From Octopus vulgaris (taxonomy: Eukaryota), in NCBI GenBank assembly GCA_951406725.2, contig OX597821.1, positions 23,684,001-23,748,000 on the forward strand: 64,000 nt of DNA, written 5' to 3'. The position numbers and the translations under genes are program-made. The notes below the pieces were generated by a model. It saw nothing but the letters and a program-made list of their open reading frames with translations, ran no database searches and had not been told where the DNA came from. This document shows, in pieces, positions 39,908-51,960 of this stretch (positions are counted from its first letter, which is position 1; each line of letters begins with the position of its first letter).

Positions 39908-40340
39908 GGATCTAGTTTTTTGCATTTGCAAAATATGCATTCTTTTAAAAGGAAGTAAAAAGTCTGAAAATCGGCTATAATAATGTAACCTTTCAGTCTC
40001 ATTGCTTTGAAAGTATGATGTTGTGGAGAAAAAATTGGAGAAAAAAGTTACAGAGGTTTAAAAATCGAATGATTTTTCTGCGTCTAGTGGAGCGGTGTCA
40101 ACTTTAAGGTTGTACCCTGTGAAATTTATAGTTTAGCAGCTGACCTGTTCATTGTAGGTTTACCAAATAAAATCAACATGTATCATCTTACTATTTCTTT
40201 TGTCTCTTCATTGATTGTACTTTTGAAATTTTTTTTTAATTTGTTATATTAGTATATTTGTCTACATGTGTTTACTTTATGCGTATTTCAGTATTATATA
40301 TACCTGTCATGTATTTGTGTATATTATTAATATATAAGTG

Positions 40341-40380
<40 letters not shown>

Positions 40381-41422
40381 AAAAGGGAGCGTCTATCTCC
40401 AAAACTCCAAAGTTGAGTAACGTTTTCATGCTTGGATTTGTAAACTATGATAAGAATAACATTGGTCAACAAAGGAAAAGAATACCTGTATCTCATGTTT
40501 TTGCATGCGGAATTCAAAACTAATGTCAAATTATCTGTATCACCCAGAATTTTTATGAATAGAATTAACCTAGTGAAATCATAAATCCAGTCAATGAGTG
40601 CCAAAAATATATGAAATGAAAAATATGTAAAAAGGCGTAGGAGTGGCTGTGTGGTAAGTAGCTTGTTTACCAACCACATGGTTCCGGGTTCAGTTCCACT
40701 GCGTGGCACCTTAGGCAAGTGTCTTCTACTATAGCCTCGGACCGACCAATGCCTTGTGAGTGGATTTGGTAGACGGAAACTGAAAGAAGTCCGTCGTATA
40801 TATGTATATATATGCGTGTTTGTGTTTGTGTGTCTGTGTTTGTCCCCCTAGCATTGCTTGACAACCGATGCTGGTGTGTTTATGTCCCCGTTACTTAGCG
40901 GTTCGGCAAAAGAGACCGATAGAATAAGTACTGGGCTTACAAAAGAATAAGTCCCGGGGTCGAGTTGCTCGATTAAAGGCGGTGCTCCAGCATGGCCGCA
41001 GTCAAATGACTGAAACAAGTAAAAGAGTAAAAATACTAACACACAGAAAAAGCACAGAAAAAATTCTAATGAATAGAAGCACAGAAAAATATGTTACGGA
41101 GAAATTAAAACACAACTCTTGGTGTAAAGAATCAAATGTGAAAGATCAATATTGACAACAGCGACACAGACAACAGTGAACCACAACACAGCGTGCGGTT
41201 GTCATGGTAACAAGCTGCGAATGCCACACTGTCTGTTGATTGGCTAAAATTATCCAAACTTCCCAACTTTAAATTCCAAATAACATCAGATTCTTTAATT
41301 TACGAGATAAAGTAATTGGTTGATCGTAATCAAAATTCAGAGTTGCATCGATACACCAAAATTGGAAGCAATCCGAGCAAAATTAAGTGAGGCTCATTTT
41401 GCGAATGAAAAAGACTAGATCC
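39908..41422. mobile_element. Non-autonomous DNA transposon with GG termini and 8-bp TSD (Merlin-like)
   Basis: TIRs ggatctagttttttgcatttgcaaaat / attttgcgaatgaaaaagactagatcc; TSD ccgcactc (39900-07) / ccgcagtc (41423-30) within a SINE A tail. Confidence 0.75.
40633..41030 (+). mobile_element. SINE family A, full length (nested)
   Basis: Matches consensus. Confidence 0.92.
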
Positions 41423-41491
41423 CCGCAGTCTAATGAGTGAAACAAGTAAAAGATAAAAAGAAATAAAAGATATACATACATACATATATAC

Positions 41492-41595
<104 letters not shown>

Positions 41596-41900
41596 TTAAT
41601 AAGGGTGAGAGAATTAGATACTAATTTAATAGTATATTTATTCAACACCAAGTGGCCTAGTGCTTCGAGAAACCTGGTGTTGAATAAATATACTATTAAA
41701 CTAGTATCTAATTCTCTCACCCTTATTAATTAATTATAATTATGCTGCATTTATTTCTAAATGCTGTATTTGTTTTCCGTGAAAGTTTGGCGCGCTGTTG
41801 GTTGGGGCATTTGAATTATAACGTCGGATGTAATCAATTGAACCACACGCGTATTTATCGTTATGGTAAAATCTGGCGTGTGATTGAGTGGATTTCATCT

Positions 41901-41994
41901 AGATAGTCTTGGCTGACGAGCTATAAATGGATTTTTTTGTAAGTAAAATTACATTTAATTCATTAATAGCGAAACAATTGTCCCAAAATAATCT
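41901..41994 (+). ncRNA. Type I hammerhead ribozyme, intact core (copy 1)
   Basis: UUGG-CUGACGA(41913-19)-GCUAU...AUAGC-GAAA(41971-74)-CAAUUG-UC|CCAA; predicted cleavage after 41982. Confidence 0.88.
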
Positions 41995-42435
41995 GTATTT
42001 TTGTTATTTTTTATTTGCCCTGTCCGTGTGAGCTAACAATCGTACTGACTTTCATGGTAAGCATGTATTTTCGTGGTTGAAACCTTTTGGATTAACTGGT
42101 GCTAGAGTGAGCAATATAGTGACCACTCTCTTATATTTATTTTGTAAAAATATTATAATATGTTATAAAATATTATAATAATCCAGGTTTCTCGAAGCAC
42201 TAGGCCACTTGGTGTTGAATAAATATACTATTAAATTAGTATCTAATTCTCTCACCCTTATTAATTAATTATAATTATGCTGCATTTATTTCTAAATGCT
42301 GTATTTGTTTTCCGTGAAAGTTTGGCGCGCTGTTGGTTGGGGCATTTGAATTATAACGTCGGATGTAATCAATTGAACCACACGCGTATTTATCGTTATG
42401 GTAAAATCTGGCGTGTGATTGAGTGGATTTCATCC

Positions 42436-42530
42436 AGATAGTCTTGGCTGACGAGCTACAAATGGATTTTTTTTGTAAGTAAAATTACATTTAATTCATT
42501 AATAGCGAAACAATTGTCCCAAAATAATCT
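42436..42530 (+). ncRNA. Type I hammerhead ribozyme, intact core (copy 2)
   Basis: CUGACGA 42448-54, GAAA 42507-10, predicted GUC cleavage after 42518. Confidence 0.88.
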
Positions 42531-42673
42531 GTATTTTTGTTATTTTTTATTTGCCCTGTCCGTGTGAGCTAACAATCGTACTGACTTTCATGGTAAGCAT
42601 GTATTTTCGTGGTTGAAACCTTTTGGATTAACTGGTGCTAGAGTGAGCAATATAGTGACCACTCTCTTATATT

Positions 42674-42721
<48 letters not shown>

Positions 42722-42756
42722 TATATTTGTTCCACGTCCTCGCGTTGTTTGGATTA

Positions 42757-42804
<48 letters not shown>

Positions 42805-42820
42805 CACACACACATATATA

Positions 42821-43043
42821 TACTCTTTACTCTTTTACTCTTTTACTTGTTTCAGTCATTTGACTGCGGCCATGCTGGAGCACCGCCTTTAGTCGAGCAA
42901 ATCGACCCTTGGACTTATTCTTTGTAAGCCCAGTACTTATTCTATCGGTCTCTTTTTGCCGAACCGCTAAGTTACGGGGACGTAAACACACCAGCATCGG
43001 TTGTCAGGCAATGCTAGGGGAACAAACACAGACACACAAACAT

Positions 43044-43117
<74 letters not shown>

Positions 43118-43274
43118 GTTTACGACGGGCTTCTTTCAGTTTCCGTCTACCAAATCCACTCACAAGGCTTTGGTCGGCCCGAGGATATAGTAGAGGATAG
43201 TTGCCCAAGGTGCCTCGCAGTGAGACTGAGCCCGGAACCATGTGGTTGGGAAGCAAGCTTCTTACCACACAGCT
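42821..43274 (-). mobile_element. SINE family A
   Basis: Matches consensus. Confidence 0.9.
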
Positions 43275-43958
43275 ACATACATAAGTATGCATGTATATAT
43301 ATATATAGTGAGACTTTTGTCTGTTTCCTTCTCTTCCTACGCTCTCCCATTCCCCTCTCTCTCTCACACACACTCACACTCACTCTCAATCTCACTCTCT
43401 CAGTCTCTGTCTCTCTCTCTTTCCTCCTTCTCTCTCTCTCCCCTCTCTCTTAAACCAACTTTTTTTGACGGTTCAAGCAAGAAACCCTAAAATTTAGGCA
43501 GGACAGGAAGTTAAACCGATGCGAACTTGAGAGCTGTTGTTACTCACAGCTGCTTTTACACAGCTGCAAAGGTATTTATTACTGCTTTGGTGAAGTGACG
43601 TCGCTGAAAAACTGGACCTGGAGTAATAAAGTATGTATGGCCATTGATTGATATAGAATGAGGAATCTAGACTTTGACATAGCAATTGACCTGGCGGAGA
43701 AGCCACTTAAAATGCGAGAAAATAACCTACGCACGAGAGGGTTACACAGCTGTTGTAGAAATAAACGAAATATATTTATAGAACACTATAATCTACTGAA
43801 TGCGAAGAGAAAATACTAAGAGGAAACAGTAACCAACAAAACAACGGCAAAATATGGAACTTCGTGCTGGGCAAAGCACAATAGAATGTGTTTAAAGATT
43901 AGAGCAAGATGCTATTTCTAACAGGGCCGTATTTCAGTGTTGCCTGAAAGTGTATGAA

Positions 43959-44328
43959 TACTCTTTTACTCTTTTACTTGTTTCAGTCATTTGACTGCTG
44001 CCATGCTGGAGCACCGCCTTTAGTCGAGCAAATCGACTCCGGGACTTATTCTTTGTAAGCCCAGTACTTATTCTATCGGTCTCTTTTTGCCGAACCGCTA
44101 AGTTACGGGGACGTAAACACACCAGCATCGGTTGTCAAGCAATGCTAGGGAGACAAACACAGACAAACAAACACACACATACATATACATATATATATAT
44201 ACATATATACGACAGGCTTCTTTCAGTTTCCGTCTACCAAATCCACTCACAAGGCATTGGTCGGTCCGGGGCTATAGCAGAAGACACTTGCCCAAGATGC
44301 CACGCAGTGGGACTGAACCCGGAACCAT
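43959..44328 (-). mobile_element. SINE family A, 5'-truncated
   Basis: Matches consensus up to the B box. Confidence 0.9.
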
Positions 44329-44440
44329 CGTTTCAAAGACAAAAAGTAAGACCTATCACAAAAATGGCTGGTCGTAGCCTTCGCATGTGTGGGACTTTCG
44401 ATCAGGCTTTGGCAATAATCTTACACTAGTTTGCAACCAT

Positions 44441-44648
44441 TATGTATGTATGTATGTATGTATGTATGTATGTATGTATGTATGTATGTATGTATGTATG
44501 TATGTATGTATGTATGTATGTATGTATGCATGCATGCATGCATGTATGTATGTATGTATGTATGTAAGTATACATGCATGTATGTATGTATGTATGTATG
44601 TATGTATGTATGTATGTATGTATGTATGTACGTACGTATGTATGTATG

Positions 44649-44679
<31 letters not shown>

Positions 44680-44828
44680 GTATACATGCATGTATGTATG
44701 TATGTATGTATGTATGTATGTACGTACGTATCTATGTATGTATGTATGTATGTATGAATGTATGTATGTATACATGCATGCATGTATGTATGTATGTATG
44801 TACGTATGTATGTATGTATGTATGTATG

Positions 44829-44862
<34 letters not shown>

Positions 44863-44889
44863 TGTATGTATGTATGTATGTATGTATGT
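44441..44889. repeat. (TATG)n microsatellite
   Basis: Direct reading. Confidence 0.95.
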
Positions 44890-45200
44890 GTGGAGGCGCA
44901 ATGGCCCAGTGGTTAGGACAGAAAACTCGCGGTCGGAGGTTCGCGGTTTCGATTCCCAGACCGGGCGTTGTGTGTGTTTATTGAGCGAAAACATCTAAAG
45001 CTCCACAAGGCTCCGGAAGAGGGTGGTGGCGACCCCTGTTGTACCTCTTTCGCCCCAACTTTCTCTCACTCTCTCTTCCTGTTTCTTGAGTAACGCTGCG
45101 ATGGACTGGCGTCCCATCCAGCTGGAAGGAACACATACGTTACAGAAACCGGGAAACTGGGCCCATGAGCCTGGCTAGGCTTGAAAAGGGCGCTTAAGTA
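44890..45200 (+). mobile_element. SINE family B with V-domain-like tail
   Basis: gtaacgctgcgatggactggcgtcccatccag...cagaaaccgg resembles the V-SINE central domain (from memory). Confidence 0.8.
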
Positions 45201-45273
45201 AGTGTATGTATGTATGTATGTATGTGCGCGCGCGCGTGTGTGTGTGTATGTGTGAGGACGTATACCCTATGTA

Positions 45274-45585
45274 GTGAGGGCACATGGCTTAGTGCTTAGG
45301 GTGTTGCACTTACGAGTGCGAGATCGTGGTTTTAAATCCTAGACTGGGTGGTGCGTTGTGTTCTTGAACAAAATACTTCATCTCACATTGCTCTGGGATC
45401 ACTTCGACGTGTGGAACACCATGCACCAGGCAAGGTCGTTTATAGACTATATAAACGTCGATTTGATGTAGAGAATGAGCTAATGAGCAGCGCGAACATT
45501 TGAGCACTACAAATAAATTATTTGTGCAAGTCGTTCGGCAACAGCTGAACACTCATACGTCATCTTCGATGGAAGAGTCCATCAT
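45274..45585 (+). mobile_element. SINE family D-like, diverged
   Basis: tRNA-like head tggcttagtgcttagg and CORE-like gtgttcttgaacaaaatacttcatctcacattgctc. Confidence 0.65.
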
Positions 45586-45591
45586 ATATAT

Positions 45592-45623
<32 letters not shown>

Positions 45624-45913
45624 GTGACCGACCAGTCCATCAGATGTAGTTACACATCGCTGGTCACAATGCGTTCGCATTGTTTTAGCCTTCGAATGAC
45701 GCCACCCCGCTGGCTAAGCGAGCAGGCCAACAGAAGAAAGAGTGAGAGAAAGTGTGGTGAAAGAGTACAGCAGGGATCACCCCCCTGCCGGAGCCTCGTG
45801 GAGCTTTTTAGGTGTTTTCGCTCAATAAACACTCACAACGCCCGGTCTAGGAATCGAAACCGCGATCCTACGACCGCGAGTCCCTTGCCCTAACCACTGG
45901 GCCATTGCGCCTC

Positions 45914-45916
<3 letters not shown>
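45624..45916 (-). mobile_element. SINE family B (tail type 1), full length
   Basis: Reverse complement of the 37615 copy; (ATG)n tail. Confidence 0.9.
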
Positions 45917-45957
<41 letters not shown>

Positions 45958-45962
45958 TATAC

Positions 45963-46022
<60 letters not shown>

Positions 46023-46449
46023 GATGAGTGTATTTTACCTTGTTAACAATTAACACGGAAAAATAAATAAATAGTTACCAGGGCAGCAAAAATCTCACAA
46101 GTAAAGATGTTGTAACTCCTTGTTTATAAAGGTTGAAACTTCGTGTTTCTTTAATTTCCTTTATATTTAACATTCACTATTAATATCCCTACTCTTTCTG
46201 TTAGCTACTTATGACGTTATATCATATAACGTTTTTTTAAACAATATTAATAGCGTTCTGTCTATCGCTATACGAATCCATCATTTTTTGCTAAAATGTC
46301 GTATTGACGAGTTTCGTTTTTTCACTTTCCCGAAGAGAAGATTGCGTTGTTTATACCTTTCATTCTTTTGAATAAGTATCAGTGGAATTTTCGAAACATA
46401 TGTAGAAAGTAAAAATACTTGTTTAAACCTGCGTTAACTCCATTTTTTA

Positions 46450-46587
<138 letters not shown>

Positions 46588-46825
46588 TGTAAATGTTTGT
46601 ATGTGTGACTGGGTGTGTCTGTGTGTCTGTTTCTGTGTATACATGTGCGCGCGTTTGTGTGTGTGCGCGTGTATGCGTGTATGCCACTTGTAACATCGAA
46701 AGCTAAAATACCCCGCCGCACACGGCAGCAGCTTTTATTCCCTTTTCAAAGGATGTGATAACAATCGACAGCTTTTTTCAGAACTATCCAAAGCGCCTGT
46801 CGGTTAGGTGTCGAAGGCCTTAGAA

Positions 46826-47026
46826 CAGTGCTTTTCAAACGTTTTGCTGGAGCGGAACCCCAAGGAAACATTCCACTGGCTCGAGGAACCCCTGTGCAAC
46901 AATTTAATAGTTTTATGCAAACATATCTGCACAGGAGAATTAAAAATTACTGCTGATTTTAGCAGTTTTGTAACTTCTTGCGGAACCCCTGGACTGTACT
47001 GGCGGAACCCTGGTTGAAAACCACTG
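46826..47026 (-). mobile_element. hAT-Charlie-type MITE, second copy
   Basis: Reverse complement of 22716-22916; 8-bp TSD CCTTAGAA at 46818-25 and 47027-34. Confidence 0.95.
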
Positions 47027-47611
47027 CCTTAGAAAGTTCAACGAGCACCATAAACTGCTTCTGATTTTTCTCATGTACCTTTTCAGCGACCTAACGAAGG
47101 AAAAAGATCATGTCGATGGTGCTATGGCCTGAGCGAAATCTACACTCTGTTTCTGGATGGATGTCATTTATGACGTGTTTGATGATCCTTTCAAGAATGA
47201 GTTGAGCAAAAACCTTACCAGTAATAGACAGAAGCGATACCCCGCGATGATTATCATAAACACTTGTTTCTTTTGTTCTTATAAAGGTGTTGAATTGAGG
47301 CACCCTTAAACTCCTGTGGTACACGGCCTACCCACAAAATATTTATGAAGAGGTCGTGCAATTTCTTGCAAAGTTTCTCTTCACCTGCTTGTAGATTTCA
47401 GGCGGGACAGCATCCTTGCTTTACCGTTCTCTTCTGTGTAGTAAGGCTACGTTCCATCTGAAACATATAAGACAACAACAGTTATCATTGCCTAAGCGTG
47501 TTAATGTTCTGCCTTTGAAAACCACCGAAAAGCAGGATGAGTGCGATGTTACTCCAATTTTTTTTTATCCAATGGAGAAAGACTGCTAAGTGACAAATCT
47601 GACATCCTTAA

Positions 47612-47833
47612 CCCTTTAGTGTTCAGATTACACTGTTCAATGTAATTCTTTTTTATTTAAATTGTTTTGAATTAATCATGCATTATCTCATAGCTTTGAG
47701 GTTTCAATGATGTGATTGTTTATTTTTAGAATGTCAATGTAGGTTAGGTGTGAGAGGCTGGATATGGCCAGTTTGAATATAAAACATGTGGAATATATTG
47801 GGCCGGATTTGGCCACTTTAAACACTTAAAGGG
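47612..47833. mobile_element. piggyBac-like MITE
   Basis: TTAA-ccctttagtgtt ... aacacttaaaggg-ATAA (degenerate TTAA). Confidence 0.65.
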
Positions 47834-48197
47834 ATAAACGATGGAAAAACCACTTCGAAGCCGTGTTGAACTCAACCTTGGTCACAGATGATGACGTCAT
47901 AAGGTCTGTTCAACCGCACGCTGAGATACCGGAATTGTCTCTGGAACCAACCTTCCCGGAAGTGGTGAATTCTGTTAAACAGATCTCTATTCACTAAAAG
48001 ACAGTGTCTAATATCGATCTGTTTAGCAAATATACCGCCTGTACTGACTCGTAATCCTCATACTTGCAACATCTGTGGGCTTCTTTGCAAATCATTGGCG
48101 AGACTCAAATGTTACATTTGACAATAAGCATTATAACTCACAAAGAAAGAGTAGATTGTCAGATCTTCATACGTCGAAACCGACGGGGGAGTCCATC

Positions 48198-48230
<33 letters not shown>

Positions 48231-48273
48231 TGTATGTATGTATGTATGTATGTATGTATGATATGTATGTATG

Positions 48274-48304
<31 letters not shown>

Positions 48305-48323
48305 TGTATGATATGTATGTATG

Positions 48324-48354
<31 letters not shown>

Positions 48355-48557
48355 TGTATATGTATGTATGTATTGTGTATATATGTATGTATTATGTATG
48401 CATGTATGTATGTATGTATGTATGATATGTATGTATGTATAAATAATCATACACACGTATATGTACATACACACACACACGCACACGCACACACGGACAC
48501 ATGTATATAATCGGTCAGTAGTTCATAAATACGAACATTGTAAAACTTTAGAGCAGT

Positions 48558-48842
48558 AATACTTAAAAGGCGGTTGGTTATAGTCAGAGAGTGAGCATTA
48601 GTTTCGCACCTATAAAGTTCTTAGTGGTACAGGTGAACCCTCAGACACCTAACCTCTCTACATAACCTCTCTACAACTTGGAGGTTGGCTATATTCCTAT
48701 TTCCAGTTGATCAAGACTATATTTCTATTTCCAGTTGTAGAGCGGTTATAACGAGTCTGACGAGTCACGTATACAACTAAGAACTTTGTAGGTACGAAAC
48801 CAATGACCACTTCCTAACCGGCCACGACTAAAAACGTTTTAA

Positions 48843-48846
<4 letters not shown>
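48558..48846. mobile_element. Inverted-repeat element with a degenerate hammerhead in each arm
   Basis: Plus 48753-48812: GAGU-CUGACGA-long stem II-GAAA-CCAAUGACC-ACUU. Minus 48648-48589: CUGAGGG..CACCUGUA/UAUAGGUG..GAAA-CUAAUGCUC-ACUC. Confidence 0.65.
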
Positions 48847-48897
<51 letters not shown>

Positions 48898-49310
48898 TAT
48901 CAATGACTGTGGCTATGCTGGAGTACCGTAGTTAAATGATTTACTTGCTGTAGCTTTTGTCGGTTTGAGAACGTATTCATTTAAAATTAAAATTAAAATG
49001 AGGGTGAAAAATTGGATATTAACTTGATAACATCAATTTAACAGCAGTGAGCGCGCCAAAGCGAGGACTTTTGAAAAAAATAACCACAAGTATAATAGGT
49101 AGAACTACATACATATGTATTTGAATCAAATCTCCGATTGAAGGTTTTTCCTCGATTTTAAAAATTTTATATTGATCTCATTTATTTGTTTTGTTTATTT
49201 TTGTTTATCGCTTGCATATGACCACTATTTGAAAGGACCAATCAAACAAATCCATTTTTAAAGGTGTAACATTTATATTGGTCTTGATAGAATTGTCATC
49301 TCGGTTCTAT

Positions 49311-49369
49311 TTTAACAAAACTGTCCGACGAACGGGAACGTGAAACTCCGAGTAACAGCTTTTGTTAAA
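49311..49369 (+). ncRNA. Type I minimal hammerhead with U4C core change
   Basis: 14-bp stem I (uuuaacaaaa-cugu / acag-c-uuuuguuaaa), CCGACGA, ACG-GGAA-CGU, GAAA-CUC-C-GAG-UA; lies in an AT-rich element (about 48990-49462) whose end resembles 41590-41660. Confidence 0.75.
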
Positions 49370-49460
49370 TTTCCACTGCTTTTAAATAAAGCATATTACT
49401 CTACCTCTGGTATTTGAGTACTCTTTTTTCCACCTTGTTTCACATTTATGTGTTTACTCC

Positions 49461-49529
<69 letters not shown>

Positions 49530-49556
49530 AAGGTTTGGAGATGATGTACAGGTATT

Positions 49557-49834
49557 ATATATTAGAAGAAATGAGGTAATCAGAAGATCGGATGGTTCGT
49601 ATTTATAGATATTTATTTATATATTACATTTTTTACATATATATATCATATCATTCAGATTATTAGCGCTTTCTCCCATTCTAGTGGGGTTTTCAAATCA
49701 AATTGATTTGAAAACCCCACTAAAATGGGAGAAAGCGCTAATGATCTCAGTGATATGATATATATGTAAAAAATGTAATATATAAATAAATATCTATAAA
49801 TATGAACCATCCGATCTTCCGATTACCTCATTTC

Positions 49835-49846
<12 letters not shown>
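49557..49846. repeat. ~290-bp near-perfect palindrome with 1-nt spacer
   Basis: Centre caaatcaa-a-ttgatttg at 49702; arms match with few mismatches. Confidence 0.95.
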
Positions 49847-49902
<56 letters not shown>

Positions 49903-49905
<3 letters not shown>

Positions 49906-51524
49906 CACTTCTTCCAACCACCCACCCTGTATAATTAAAACCACAGTCCAAGCCGTCTCTGACAGATTAACTAAATTATCCTCTAACAGGAATATATTCA
50001 ATGATTACGCGCATCACTATAACCAGGCCCTCTTTAGTGCTGGGTACCCCAAAAAATATCTTTCGGCAAAAAATCCTATCAAGAACCGCCAAGAACACCC
50101 GTCAACTATAAACTCCCCTTGTAAACGAACTAAGAATTCCAAAACTATTAATTTGAAATTAAACGAAATTAGACTAAATAGTGGTAATAACAACACAGTT
50201 TCAACTAATACCAATTCTAATTTAATTTCTAACATGACTAGGAAACAAACGGAAAGAAATCGAACCAATAGAATATTAGTAAATGAAAACCCTTCCGACG
50301 AAAGTAACACTGATTGCATCAGAGGACATAGGGGTAGAAACAGTAGATTACGTAATTATATATGGTATAACATACCATATAACATAGCGGTTAAGGGTAA
50401 ATTATGCAAAACAATATTCTCTATAATTTCCAATAACTTCCCACCCACCCATAAGTATAGGAGCATCTTCTCAAACAAAACGATTAGGATATCCTACTCA
50501 ACTCTACCTAACATGAGCTGCCTCATAACTAAACACAATAATATTAAAATTAGAACAGCTAGATTAGGAGCAAATAATAATGATCACTCGAACCCCCAAC
50601 AATCCAGGTGTTAACATTAGTAGCAGCCAAACTCATAACATTAACCTTAACCATTGTAATAGTCAATATAATAACAATAATCAGGACAGTAACAGCAACA
50701 CCGAAACTGCTAGTAACAACACCCATCACAATAACAGAGGCAACGTTATACCCAATAACTGTATAACTAACGAAGATAATACTACTACTACGTTTAATAT
50801 GATAGCTCAATCCACATTGAATAATAATAATCGTGAACTTAACTATACCAATTGTAATAGCTATACAACTAGCATTAATAATAATAGCAACGCAGAAGAC
50901 AGTTCCTATATCAGGACTAGAAGCGGAAGAAATATAGACCAAAACAACTTAAATAGCACCAATAGTGATAATAACAGTAACAACGGCGAAATTACTAGCA
51001 GAACTTCCATCCACCACAATAGCAACCCCAACAGTAACTATACCGAAATTACCTGCCCAAGGAGTAATAGCAGACGGCCGGGAAGTGCAAATCACGGATG
51101 CAACTGTGCAGATGCTTCAGCCTGTCCTTTACGCTGAAAATGTTTAGCTAAAAACGTAATTTATTCCTGTGAAGTAAGTACCCAATTAAACATACTTACC
51201 CACATTGGTTGCTCATCGGTCTGGAAATCCAGATTCTATAACCACCGATCATCCTTTAGGCTCAGACACAAAGCTAGTAGCACCTCTTTATCTAGAAAAA
51301 TTTGGGAGCTTAAAGACAATAATATAGATTTTAACCTTAGGTGGTCCATTATCGGATCAGCTGCGCCTTATAAAAATAATAGAACAGGGTGCCAACTGTG
51401 TTGCGTAGAACTCCTGAATATCATTAAATTCAAAGAGAAAAGCAAATTAATTAATAAAAGATCTGAATTTAGGCCATCTTGTATGCATAAATTAACTAAA
51501 ACCTTCAAATATTACAAGGCTTAG
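49903..51524 (+). pseudogene. Penelope-like element (Neptune-type) RT thumb plus GIY-YIG endonuclease, 5'-truncated
   Basis: SNHPP, IWYNIPYN...FPPTHKYRSIF...ISYSTLPNM, CNC..CPL..KC linker, VIY...HIG, RFYNHRSSF, CQLC..E...NKRSE...C.H; stop at 51522-24. Confidence 0.9.
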
Positions 51525-51732
51525 GCTCATATACATAACTCTCCAATGTAATATCTTCATATCCACTTACAGCTTTGTTAGCTCCAGCACTTCTCGATTA
51601 CTTTTCCCATTTCATTTTCCACTTCTATTCTTTGATGTTGAATCTATTTCCTTGAATTTCTCCCTTGTTGATTTTTTTTTTATCTACCTCACCTCTTTTT
51701 TTTATCTATTTCGCTGTATATTCTTCTTTTTC

Positions 51733-51960
51733 TTTTATTCTTTTACTTGTTTCAGTGTTTATCCATTTGACTGCGGCCATGCTGGAGCACCGACTTTAGT
51801 CGAGCAAATCGACCCCGGGACTTATTCTTTGTAAGCCCAGTACTTATTCTATCGGTCTCTTTTGCCGAACCGCTAAGTGACGGGGACGTAAACACACCAG
51901 CATCGGTTGTCAAGCAATGCTAGGGGGACAAACACAGACACACAAACACACACACACACA
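51733..51960 (-). mobile_element. SINE family A, tail half
   Basis: Matches consensus tail. Confidence 0.88.

Larger units (their letters stand above)
46680..47990 (-). pseudogene. RTE RT relic with inverted 5' segment
   Basis: Minus 47430-46680: NGKA..PPEIYK, DNHRGVSLLSITGKVFA, FRSGHSTIDMIF. Plus 47835-47990: RWKNHFEAVLN...EPTFPEVVNSVKQIS. Confidence 0.82.
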
